Below are positions 27,412-34,939 of a DNA stretch of 64,000 bases, one piece after another. The stretch's first letter is position 1. Each line of letters opens with the position of its first letter. The notes below the pieces were generated by a model. That model ran no database searches. It saw only the letters and a list, made by a program, of their open reading frames with translations, and was not told the origin of the DNA. The DNA comes from Patescibacteria group bacterium. GTDB lineage: Bacteria > Patescibacteriota > Patescibacteriia > PEXW01. Location: positions 39,202-103,201 of the forward strand of contig JBAYJA010000003.1 in assembly GCA_041665345.1 (NCBI GenBank). The letters are read 5' to 3'. The position numbers were made by a program, and so were the translations under genes.

Positions 27412-28438
27412 CCTTTCGTGTTTCTATTTTAGTTTTATCGTATTGCTGGTCGAAAGGAAGATGATATATCTTTGTACTATCTACCTTTGAAATGTTGCAC
27501 TTAATACAGGGGTATTGTTTATCTAATGGTAAGTTTTCTTTTAATTCGATATGAAGCTCAGATGCAAAACGGCGAGCGAGATCGGAAAGCTTAGTTGCAG
27601 TGTAGAAAATCGCACGAACTTTTTTATCTGGATTTTTATCTTTGTATTGGAAAACCGTGCCAAAAAATTGAAAAATGTGTTTTTCATATATAGTTCTAAA
27701 TTGTGCCCAATTTTTACATTGCACAATTATAAAGTCTTTACCTTTTCGACAGATCAAATCGCGCCCTAGATCCTCGAAGCCTTTTAGTATACCCACATAC
27801 TCAACATCATATCCCTCTGCTTCAAATAGAAATCCAATGTACCGTTCATAAATCCTACCAATTAACCAGGATGATTTTGGGCGTTTCCAAAATCGATCCA
27901 GAGCCATTTGATTCCGTTCAACACTTGGGAGTTTACGGTATTCTTCCTTTGAGAGATATTGAGTAACCTGATCTACCTTTTCTTCATCAGAGTACTCCGC
28001 GAACATTTTCCGATCCTCTTCAGTTGGAACATCAACCTCTTCTTTTAAATCAACAAGAAAAGGAGCTATCGATTCATAGTATTCAATTATGTACTTTGCG
28101 ATACGAGCTTCTTTCTCTGCTTCACGTCGTAATCTTGACTGTTCTTTCACAACCTCACTGGCTTGGATTGCGGGATGTTTTTTTCTTCTTAAGTAATCAG
28201 ACTGGGCTGCGTCACGGGCTTTAAATAACTCTTTATAAGCATTTGCTAGCCATGGAAATCCCTGTTGGCGTTCTCGAGCCATTTGATGCACACCCTCTTC
28301 AAGTTTTTTATACCATGCAATACCGACATTACGTTCTTGTTTTTCAGATTTTAAATATAGTTCGTAGGATGATTTTTCTGAGGCGATTAACCTAAGAATG
28401 TTATTAAGTTCGTTTTTCTTTTCTTCAAAATATCCCAT
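27323..28438 (-). CDS. Mrr-like (PF04471-type) restriction endonuclease with N-terminal coiled-coil region
   Basis: ...RIYERYIGFLFEAEGYDVEYVG...GFEDLGRDLICRKGKDFIIVQCKNW... matches the Mrr_cat E / DxGxD / QxK pattern. The N-terminal roughly 180 aa are charged and helical. Confidence 0.7.
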   Translation of the reverse strand: MGYFEEKKNELNNILRLIASEKSSYELYLKSEKQERNVGIAWYKKLEEGVHQMARERQQGFPWLANAYKELFKARDAAQSDYLRRKKHPAIQASEVVKEQSRLRREAEKEARIAKYIIEYYESIAPFLVDLKEEVDVPTEEDRKMFAEYSDEEKVDQVTQYLSKEEYRKLPSVERNQMALDRFWKRPKSSWLIGRIYERYIGFLFEAEGYDVEYVGILKGFEDLGRDLICRKGKDFIIVQCKNWAQFRTIYEKHIFQFFGTVFQYKDKNPDKKVRAIFYTATKLSDLARRFASELHIELKENLPLDKQYPCIKCNISKVDSTKIYHLPFDQQYDKTKIETRKGEFYCATVEEAEDKGFRRAFKYRGGKKAS

Positions 28439-28441
28439 AAA

Positions 28442-28798
28442 TTATAGTTTATTTTTTGTATAGCTGCATGATGGGTAATTAGCGCATCCCCAAAATGCAC
28501 CATACCGCCCGCTTCTTGGTATCAACGTACCTCCGTCATTTGGGCATTTTAGTCGGTTATCATTTTTCTCAAGCAGCATTTGATGAATAAATCCTCTGCC
28601 CTTAACTTTTTCATTGACCTCGTCCGGCATGATAGATGGCCCGAGTTGAACAATTTCTGAAACTAAAGTGGCTGTGTCTAAATTACCAGCAACCTCAAAA
28701 GCAGCTTGATCTCGAAGCTTTTGACGATGTTTGTCAACGAAATGTTTAACAACACTCCAAATTATAATTATGGCTACAATTGCCCAAAATACGTACAT
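28442..28798 (-). CDS. membrane-anchored topoisomerase-type C4 zinc-ribbon protein (zf-C4_Topoisom)
   Basis: N-terminal TM MYVFWAIVAIIIIWSV. C-terminal KCPNDGGTLIPRSGRYGAFWGCANYPSCSYTK is the TopA-type zinc-ribbon signature. Its stop is 4 nt from the Mrr-like start. Confidence 0.65.
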   Translation of the reverse strand: MYVFWAIVAIIIIWSVVKHFVDKHRQKLRDQAAFEVAGNLDTATLVSEIVQLGPSIMPDEVNEKVKGRGFIHQMLLEKNDNRLKCPNDGGTLIPRSGRYGAFWGCANYPSCSYTKNKL

Positions 28799-28859
28799 AT
28801 TCTAATTATACGCTTAAAACAATTATCTGTGATGATTGCTGTATTATATTCGCGCTAGC

Positions 28860-29111
28860 CTAGATTCCTATAATGGCCGCCTTAACATCTCCCCGCTTTT
28901 TTCCCCAGCCTTTCCAAGATAATCCTTTTTTACCCTTTCGTTTAGTTCTTTGAGCTTTTAGTTCTTCGGTTGCTAAATCTCTAAGGGATCTCATTGTAGG
29001 GTCGTCCCCATCATCCTTTATGCTTTCTTGGATGCCACGATTCAGCGCTTTAGTAAACCTTTGGCCCCAGTTTGTACTAGGTCTTCTAGATTTTTTAACA
29101 CTTTTTTTCAT
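28860..29111 (-). CDS. small basic hypothetical protein
   Basis: 83 aa, Lys/Arg-rich (MKKSVKKSRRPSTNWGQRFTKALNRG...KRKGKKGLSWKGWGKKRG). First gene downstream of the membrane protein in the operon. Confidence 0.4.
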   Translation of the reverse strand: MKKSVKKSRRPSTNWGQRFTKALNRGIQESIKDDGDDPTMRSLRDLATEELKAQRTKRKGKKGLSWKGWGKKRGDVKAAIIGI

Positions 29112-29122
29112 AATGATTCAAA

Positions 29123-29494
29123 CTAAGAAAATAACTTATATATTAAACCCATAAATAACCAAAAACATGGGATTGCTAAACCAAAAATTGTTATCCATCC
29201 GTGATAGTAAGTTGAGATTGCGCGACCATCAACATTTTCAGACGCTGCTGATTTCCAGAAATATGTTAATTTCTTATTGTGAAGGCTTCCGATTAACCAA
29301 AATGCTGTTACGTAAATGACGCCGAGTGTTAAGCCAGTGCTACCATATTGCCAAATTATACTGCCACCAATTAGCAATGTGGCCAAAGTTTCTTGAGTTT
29401 CCTTTTTCTTTACATGGCTACGCCATAGGAGTAAATATCCTAAAACTCCAGTTATTGAAATTATGAAAAAGTTTGCAATTATATTCCAATCCAT
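29123..29494 (-). CDS. small multi-TM membrane protein
   Basis: MDWNIIANFFIISITGVLGYLLLW... with 4 predicted TM segments. Start at ATG 29494 is preferred over 29563. Confidence 0.45.
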   Translation of the reverse strand: MDWNIIANFFIISITGVLGYLLLWRSHVKKKETQETLATLLIGGSIIWQYGSTGLTLGVIYVTAFWLIGSLHNKKLTYFWKSAASENVDGRAISTYYHGWITIFGLAIPCFWLFMGLIYKLFS

Positions 29495-29628
29495 ATCTCT
29501 GAACGGTTTTATCTGGTAGAAAGCACAAAGCCCCCCGCCAGCGATGACCTTTCGGCCACCCATACCCCTTTCGGAGCATGACCGTTCAGAGTGCTCTGGA
29601 CGAGGAGCTTTATACTCTGAACGGTTTT
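29495..29628. promoter_or_regulatory. repeated 13-14 nt motif (CTCTGAACGGTTTT) in divergent intergenic region; candidate operator sites
   Basis: ctctgaacggtttt at 29497-29510 and 29615-29628 (direct), accgttcagag at 29581-29591 (inverted). These sit between the divergent genes 29123..29494(-) and 29739..30557(+). Confidence 0.35.
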
Positions 29629-29738
29629 GTTGCCATGCCCTAGCAAAGCTAAGGTTTAGGCGATAAAATTAAATTGCTAGTATTTATACTTCAATTGCTT
29701 GATAATTAGAGTGAAACATATCAATTTTACTCGAAAAA

Positions 29739-30557
29739 ATGATAAATGTAAAGGATAATCCGAGTCTTTCAAAGGCGTATTATCGGTGGTTACGAAGAAA
29801 AAAGACCGTGGATTTTGATGTTCTACGTAGTGGATTTTTGAATGCGAATAAAACGTATCTCCATCAAATCAAGTCGTGTATAAATGATGATAAGTTTCAT
29901 AGCATTATGTCAGTTGGAATGGAAGTCGCAGCGTTCTTTAATGCAAACAGAGCGTATTCGGGCTATGAAACTTTAGTAGAAAAAAACATTCTCCCAAAAA
30001 AGGTTTTTAAAATAAAACCACTGACTGAGACATCAGAGGACTTTGCAAATCATTTAATCAATAAATACCATTTGTCAGAAACTACGCTTAGAGAACTCTC
30101 CGAAATTGCGTTTAAGTATCTTCGATCGATTCTTTCAAAGACGAAAAACGGTATACTTCCTTTAGAAAAGGCGAGGTCAGTACAATTCATAAACAATTGC
30201 ATCGATAGATATTTCCCGATTTTAATCCGTTATCTTAAAAAGAAGTACAAATTAAAAAAACTTATATATCTTCGCAAGATAAATAGTCACACATGTAACA
30301 CAGCATGTCCTCGTTGTGGCAAACTTTTGATACGGACGAAAATATATGAACGATGTACAAGGACAGAGAACCGGCATTGCCAAATGGGTTCTAACGCACT
30401 CAGAAGAGGAAGGAAAAAAGATGACAAAAGCTTTGTTGGTAGTTGTAGTTGTTGTGGGGTGTTTTCCCCTTTACTCAAAAGCCACGTATTAAGTGGCGAA
30501 CAACTGCTTTTTTGCAGCCAAAGGTGTTATGAAAGAGTAAGAAAAAAACTTCACTAA
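29739..30557 (+). CDS. AT-rich hypothetical protein with C-terminal Cys-rich (zinc-finger-like) region
   Basis: 272 aa. C-terminus ...HTCNTACPRCGKLLIRTKIYERC...HCQ...CSCCGVFSP...CSQRC. Followed by a terminator. Confidence 0.45.
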   Translation: MINVKDNPSLSKAYYRWLRRKKTVDFDVLRSGFLNANKTYLHQIKSCINDDKFHSIMSVGMEVAAFFNANRAYSGYETLVEKNILPKKVFKIKPLTETSEDFANHLINKYHLSETTLRELSEIAFKYLRSILSKTKNGILPLEKARSVQFINNCIDRYFPILIRYLKKKYKLKKLIYLRKINSHTCNTACPRCGKLLIRTKIYERCTRTENRHCQMGSNALRRGRKKDDKSFVGSCSCCGVFSPLLKSHVLSGEQLLFCSQRCYERVRKKLH

Positions 30558-30576
30558 TTTTAAGTAAAGCTGAATT

Positions 30577-30597
30577 GGCCCATAATGGGCTTTTTTT
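30577..30597 (+). terminator. rho-independent terminator
   Basis: gccca taa tgggc hairpin followed by ttttttt. Confidence 0.6.
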
Positions 30598-30860
30598 GTT
30601 TCCCATTTAATTATGTCCAAAAAGCTGGGGATAAGTTAGCGCGTGCATAATCAAAATGTCGCGAGGAGCACACTCACAGTGCTCAAAGGGCGACAGTAAA
30701 TAAATCCTTTGAAGATTGTGAGCTACGCCTCTAGACCAGCTCGCCAAACGGTGATGATAAGCAGTCTCATAGTACTAGCAGTAAATACTATAAGACTACT
30801 ATCACCGGCGGCAGACTGGGGAGAGGGAAGGTGCCTTAAGTAACTAATCCGGTGGGTAAT

Positions 30861-31043
30861 ATGTCAACTAAGCGACAAGAAGCAAACCAGACAAAGCAGA
30901 TCAGGGTTGCAAAAGGTAACCATAAAGGGTTGAAGATTTTTGCCGCTCGCGAAGGAATGCCAATGATGGCCTTAGCAGATCAAATTATCAGCCAATATCT
31001 TTACGAAACATATCGCTGGCCAGAATACCATGTTGACGATTAA
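30861..31043 (+). CDS. small putative ribbon-helix-helix-like regulator upstream of integrase
   Basis: MSTKRQEANQTKQIRVAKGNHKGLKIFAAREGMPMMALADQIISQYL has a beta-strand then two helices. GGTGGG SD before ATG 30861. Confidence 0.35.
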   Translation: MSTKRQEANQTKQIRVAKGNHKGLKIFAAREGMPMMALADQIISQYLYETYRWPEYHVDD

Positions 31044-31221
31044 ACAGTGTAGACAAATTGAGCCAAGCCTTTCTGAACTTTCTGATGAGGAAATTGTTCA
31101 TCTTCGTGATTCTATGTATGAACTAGCCACTCTGGCTTTTGAATCCACTCAAAAACAAGGGGGTGTTTCCAAAAATCCCACTTGGGTAATGCCAACTTTT
31201 AAAGAAGACGCTAATATATAA
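31030..31221 (+). CDS. small hypothetical protein upstream of integrase (low confidence)
   Basis: 63-aa ORF overlapping the previous stop by 14 nt and ending 6 nt before the integrase start. Confidence 0.3.
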   Translation: MLTIKQCRQIEPSLSELSDEEIVHLRDSMYELATLAFESTQKQGGVSKNPTWVMPTFKEDANI

Positions 31222-31226
31222 ATGCG

Positions 31227-32756
31227 ATGACTACTAAAGAACAAAATATCAAACGAGGAGTTATATACGTTCGTGTTTCCTCAAAAGATCAGGTAGATAA
31301 CACCAGCCTTGAATCTCAGGAAAAGGCCTGTGGGGAGTATTGCCTTCGAAACCATATTGAAGTTGTTAAAGTTTTTATTGAACAAGGTGAATCCGCAAAG
31401 AGTGCAGATCGGACAGAGTTTAATAAGGCAATCCAATTTTGTGGCATCCAAAAAAATAACATTGGGTATTTTGTTGTTTACAAACTTGACCGCTTTGCTC
31501 GAAATCAAGAAGACCATGTGACTGTTCGGGCATTGTTAAAAAAGTATGGCGCTGAGCTGAAGTCGGCAACTGAACCGATCAATGATTCGCCAATAGGAAA
31601 AGCGATGGAAGGTATGCTTTCAGTTTTTGCAGAGTTTGATAACAATGTTCGTACTGAACGAACACGGGGAGGAATGCTTGAAAGAATTCGACAAGGGGCT
31701 TGGGTTTGGTCTGCGCCGCTTGGATATAAACGTGTGGGCGGGGTAAAAAATATCTCGCCGGATGAATTAACTGCGCCACATATAAAACAAATCTTCAATT
31801 TGTACGCAAAAGGCATATACACGTATAAGGCAATTGCTAATTTAATGGACACGGCTGGAATGCGCACGAGGTATGGCAAGCGCCCACGCGCTCAGCTGAT
31901 TGAGAAGATACTACGCAATCCAATTTATTACGGTCACATAGAGGCGTTTGGTGAAGAACACAAAGGTAGTTTCCCGCCATTGATTAGTGAAGAGCTTTAC
32001 TTAAGTTGTCAGCCAAACAGCAAGAACTTAAAAGGCCACGCGGCACCTCGATCGGCAAATAACCCCATGTATCCGCTTAGAGGAGTTGTAGTGTGCGAAG
32101 AGTGCGGCACGAGTTTTACAGGAAGTACTTCTACAGGGCGTGCCAGTCAACGATATTCCTATTATCATCATTACAAAAAAAGTTGTTCTAAAGCCAAGAG
32201 CATCCCTCGCGAATCTTTTGAACAAGAGTTCGTAGAGTATTTGGAGTCAATTACGCCAAGCCTAAAATACGAAAAATGGTTTAAGGCAATAGTTATCGAT
32301 ATTTGGCAAAATAACTACAAAAACATTAGCTCACAAAATCAGAAAGCGAGATTAGAGCTTACACGACTTGAGGCTGAGAGAGATCGTGTATTTACCATGA
32401 TGCGTCAAGGCAAGCTAACTGATGACGAGTTTAGTGAACAAAAAAATGCCGTCAATTTACAAATAGCGAATAAATACCAGCAGCTGAATGAAAAGCAGTA
32501 TGAGGGCTTAGACATGGAGAAAACTTTAGACGCCTGTTTTAGCTTTGTTCGAAACACAGCAAAAACCTGGCGCGAGGCCGATTATGCTGGGCGATTACAA
32601 TTCCAGAAACTTGTTTTTCAAGATAAGCTCCAATTTAATGGGAAGAGGTTTGGAAACGCCAAATTGTCCCCAATCTACGAGATGAATAGGATGTTTGACG
32701 GGAATAAATCTAGCTTGGTAGCCCCACGGGGAATCGAACCCCGATTACCGGCTTGA
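31227..32756 (+). CDS. large serine recombinase (serine integrase)
   Basis: Resolvase catalytic domain GVIYVRVSSKDQ (nucleophilic Ser), recombinase domain, and a C-terminal Zn-ribbon CEECGTSF...YYHHYKK.C, coiled coil. The last 41 nt overlap tRNA-Glu on the other strand (...GIEPRLPA reads through the T-arm). Confidence 0.9.
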   Translation: MTTKEQNIKRGVIYVRVSSKDQVDNTSLESQEKACGEYCLRNHIEVVKVFIEQGESAKSADRTEFNKAIQFCGIQKNNIGYFVVYKLDRFARNQEDHVTVRALLKKYGAELKSATEPINDSPIGKAMEGMLSVFAEFDNNVRTERTRGGMLERIRQGAWVWSAPLGYKRVGGVKNISPDELTAPHIKQIFNLYAKGIYTYKAIANLMDTAGMRTRYGKRPRAQLIEKILRNPIYYGHIEAFGEEHKGSFPPLISEELYLSCQPNSKNLKGHAAPRSANNPMYPLRGVVVCEECGTSFTGSTSTGRASQRYSYYHHYKKSCSKAKSIPRESFEQEFVEYLESITPSLKYEKWFKAIVIDIWQNNYKNISSQNQKARLELTRLEAERDRVFTMMRQGKLTDDEFSEQKNAVNLQIANKYQQLNEKQYEGLDMEKTLDACFSFVRNTAKTWREADYAGRLQFQKLVFQDKLQFNGKRFGNAKLSPIYEMNRMFDGNKSSLVAPRGIEPRLPA

Positions 32757-32790
32757 AAAGCCGATGTCCTAACCGTTAGACGATAGGGCC
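32716..32790 (-). tRNA. tRNA-Glu (anticodon UUC)
   Basis: RC gives GGCCCTA TC GTCT AACGGTTA GGAC A TCGGC TTTTCAA GCCGG TAATC GGGGT TCGATTC CCCGT GGGGCTA CCA, a cloverleaf with T-loop GTTCGATTC, anticodon loop UUUUCAA (UUC) and encoded CCA. Closely resembles bacterial tRNA-Glu. Confidence 0.85.
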
Positions 32791-32930
32791 GTGATACAGC
32801 AACCTATAACGAATAATACCTGCGGTCAAGGGTTTTGCCTAGGACTTGATGGGTTACTTACCCCCGGCGAAAAGTTTTCTGCATTTAGGCTTGCGCGTCT
32901 TCGAACGAGCATTAAACCCCGCCTCCCTCT

Positions 32931-34298
32931 TTACTTGAACCCGAAGAGTGGTGGGAAGAGGAAGATGACAAGGGAAGCCCAGGCTGCATAGACCGGTATG
33001 TAGTTCGTTTGCCATCGCTCAATGTGCGCGAACGTCCCCCGCCCGCGGAGGAAACGCACGTACAGCACGGTTGACCACGCAAGATTGACGAGCAAGATAA
33101 AATTTTCGCCCAAGGCCGCAACCCGGTTTGGGCTAAAGCCGAATTCAGAGATGCGCGAGGCAATTGCCCACAGTGCCACTGCATCGGCCAAGAGGGCGCT
33201 CACCAGCAGGACCACTTGCAAGACATCAAAGGCGTTGCGAGGGGCCAGCGGGGCGCGGGCGGAGATGGAGTAGACCAGCAAGCCAAGGACGACCACTAAG
33301 AGCAAATCGAAGGCAATGAGGATGTTGCGGTCAACGTCTATGCCATGGCCTGACACCACGATGGTGACCAGGAACACCACCAAGACGATGGCGAAGAGGG
33401 GCGTGAACAGCCGGGTTAACACTGGCGCCATGTTTTCAATCACACTCTGCTTCGCTTCCACCAACCACGAGCCAATGATAACCGCTCCCGCTGCACCGCA
33501 CGGGATAATCCAGGTGCCAACAATTGGCTCTACATTGAAACCGATTGACTGAAAAATCGCAAAGAGAAAGCCAGTGAGCACGCCGCCACCCAAGGCAATG
33601 AGCACGTAGTAAATGAGCAGCTCGCCTGTGTAGCGGATGAAGTCCATGCGGCCGGCAACGTCACGCCAGCGTTTTCCGGCATAGGCCAGACCCACAATGA
33701 GCCACATTGCAATGGGCACGTGCAAGCTGGTGAGAGCTTCGGTGGAGCCGCCGGCCAGGAAAGGGTAGGCGTTCGCACCTATCGCACCAATGACAAACCC
33801 AATAGCCGCGGGAATGATCGTCTGACGAGAGACGCCCCGCTTCCAGATGAAGTAGGCAGCCAAGATGGGCAGGACGAAGAAGCTGATATTCCGCATGTAG
33901 AAACTTTCATCATGCTCAATATCCAGGCCGAAGATCGTCGGAAGCTTCACCAGTAAGCCCGCGACTATCGCCAAGCCAAAAGCGACGGCTGTTTCTCTGC
34001 GGCTCCCCCGCTTGGAGTGCTCTGCATCCGGAGAAGTGAGCACGAGCTGCTTCCACAGCCGATCCGAATGCTCCCGGGCGAATTCTTTGGACAGTGCATC
34101 CAGATTCCCCATCCGCTTGACGGCAATCAGAAACGCTTCATCCGCAGCTAAGCCGGCATCGGTCAGCCCGGTGATGTGCTCGCGCAGATGGTCTTCCAGT
34201 TCGGCCACGTCGGTTGCCTGGATAACTTGGTGGCGCTGGAGGAAGTTTCGCCACTGATTGATTTGCTCCTCAAGCTGTTCGGTCTGGGGTGTTGGCAT
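32931..34298 (-). CDS. HAAS (DUF1700)-like N-terminal domain + polytopic membrane (DUF4153-like) protein, partner of PadR
   Basis: N-terminal ...LEDHLREHITGLTDAGLAADEAFLIAVKRMGNLDALSKEF fits the HAAS pattern, followed by at least 8 TM segments. Its start is 9 nt after the PadR stop. Confidence 0.55.
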   Translation of the reverse strand: MPTPQTEQLEEQINQWRNFLQRHQVIQATDVAELEDHLREHITGLTDAGLAADEAFLIAVKRMGNLDALSKEFAREHSDRLWKQLVLTSPDAEHSKRGSRRETAVAFGLAIVAGLLVKLPTIFGLDIEHDESFYMRNISFFVLPILAAYFIWKRGVSRQTIIPAAIGFVIGAIGANAYPFLAGGSTEALTSLHVPIAMWLIVGLAYAGKRWRDVAGRMDFIRYTGELLIYYVLIALGGGVLTGFLFAIFQSIGFNVEPIVGTWIIPCGAAGAVIIGSWLVEAKQSVIENMAPVLTRLFTPLFAIVLVVFLVTIVVSGHGIDVDRNILIAFDLLLVVVLGLLVYSISARAPLAPRNAFDVLQVVLLVSALLADAVALWAIASRISEFGFSPNRVAALGENFILLVNLAWSTVLYVRFLRGRGTFAHIERWQTNYIPVYAAWASLVIFLFPPLFGFK

Positions 34299-34307
34299 AT
34301 GCGTTGC

Positions 34308-34667
34308 TTAGACTACGGCTGCAGGGTGAAATGATTGGAGCAGCGTGGAACCGATTCCCCGAATTGTCGCTTCAACTGCCCGCCACTGCTCAAGTTCTTC
34401 CGCCAGCTGCGTTTTACCACTGGCGGTGATGCGGTAGTACTTCCGCTTCCGTCCATTCTCCGCGGCTTTCCACTGCCCTTCAATAAATCCCAGCCGCTCC
34501 AGGCGATGCAGGACGGGGTAGAGCATGCCGTCGGTCCAGGTGATTTGGCGGGCAGAAGCTTCCTGCACCTGTTTGAGGATTGCGTAGCCGTAATTCTCCT
34601 GCTGTACCAAAGTGGCAAGGACAATTGGGGTAGAAGAGGCGGCAATCAGGTCTTTGTTAATCTCCAT
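34308..34667 (-). CDS. PadR family transcriptional regulator
   Basis: YGYAILKQV...GMLYPVLHRLERLGFIEGQW....RKRKYYRITASG is the PadR winged-helix signature. Confidence 0.85.
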   Translation of the reverse strand: MEINKDLIAASSTPIVLATLVQQENYGYAILKQVQEASARQITWTDGMLYPVLHRLERLGFIEGQWKAAENGRKRKYYRITASGKTQLAEELEQWRAVEATIRGIGSTLLQSFHPAAVV

Positions 34668-34709
34668 ACGTTCCCAAGATGCGTTAGGTAATCAAACGTG
34701 ATTCCACTA

Positions 34710-34728
34710 TACATAGCACATCTATGTA
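34710..34728. promoter_or_regulatory. perfect 7-bp inverted repeat TACATAG-N5-CTATGTA upstream of padR; candidate PadR operator
   Basis: tacatag cacat ctatgta at 34710-34728, 43 nt upstream of the padR start. PadR operators are typically ATGT/ACAT-containing palindromes. Confidence 0.35.
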
Positions 34729-34939
34729 TGTAAAGACCCACAAAACCGGGGTAATGGAATTGAATCTCTGTTTTTGCTACGACGGAAAAGGCTTTTCTGA
34801 TCTGCATCCCCCACTTGTTGCAAGCCATAACCCTTACCAGCAGCTGTTCACAATTGAGTGATTCCAATTTGACAAATCCGCTAAAAATAGGCAAGATATC
34901 AGGCCATGCCCAAACGTTTTTTGCTCGTTTCGATCCAAT

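Larger units (their letters stand above)
24468..32790. mobile_element. putative integrative element inserted at tRNA-Glu, bounded on the right by the tRNA/serine-integrase overlap; left boundary tentative
   Basis: Lower GC and a different codon flavour than the flanks. A large serine recombinase lies at the right end and its 3' end overlaps tRNA-Glu. A 9-nt match tggtagccc to the tRNA 3' region occurs at 24468-24476. The cargo is a nuclease-rich operon. Confidence 0.45.

Noticed and set aside
32716-32756. Integrase C-terminus ...VAPRGIEPRLPA as a functional domain
   Set aside because: These residues are the translation of the tRNA-Glu T-arm on the opposite strand (GIEPR from ggaatcgaacccc). 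The overlap reflects integration at the tRNA, not a protein motif.
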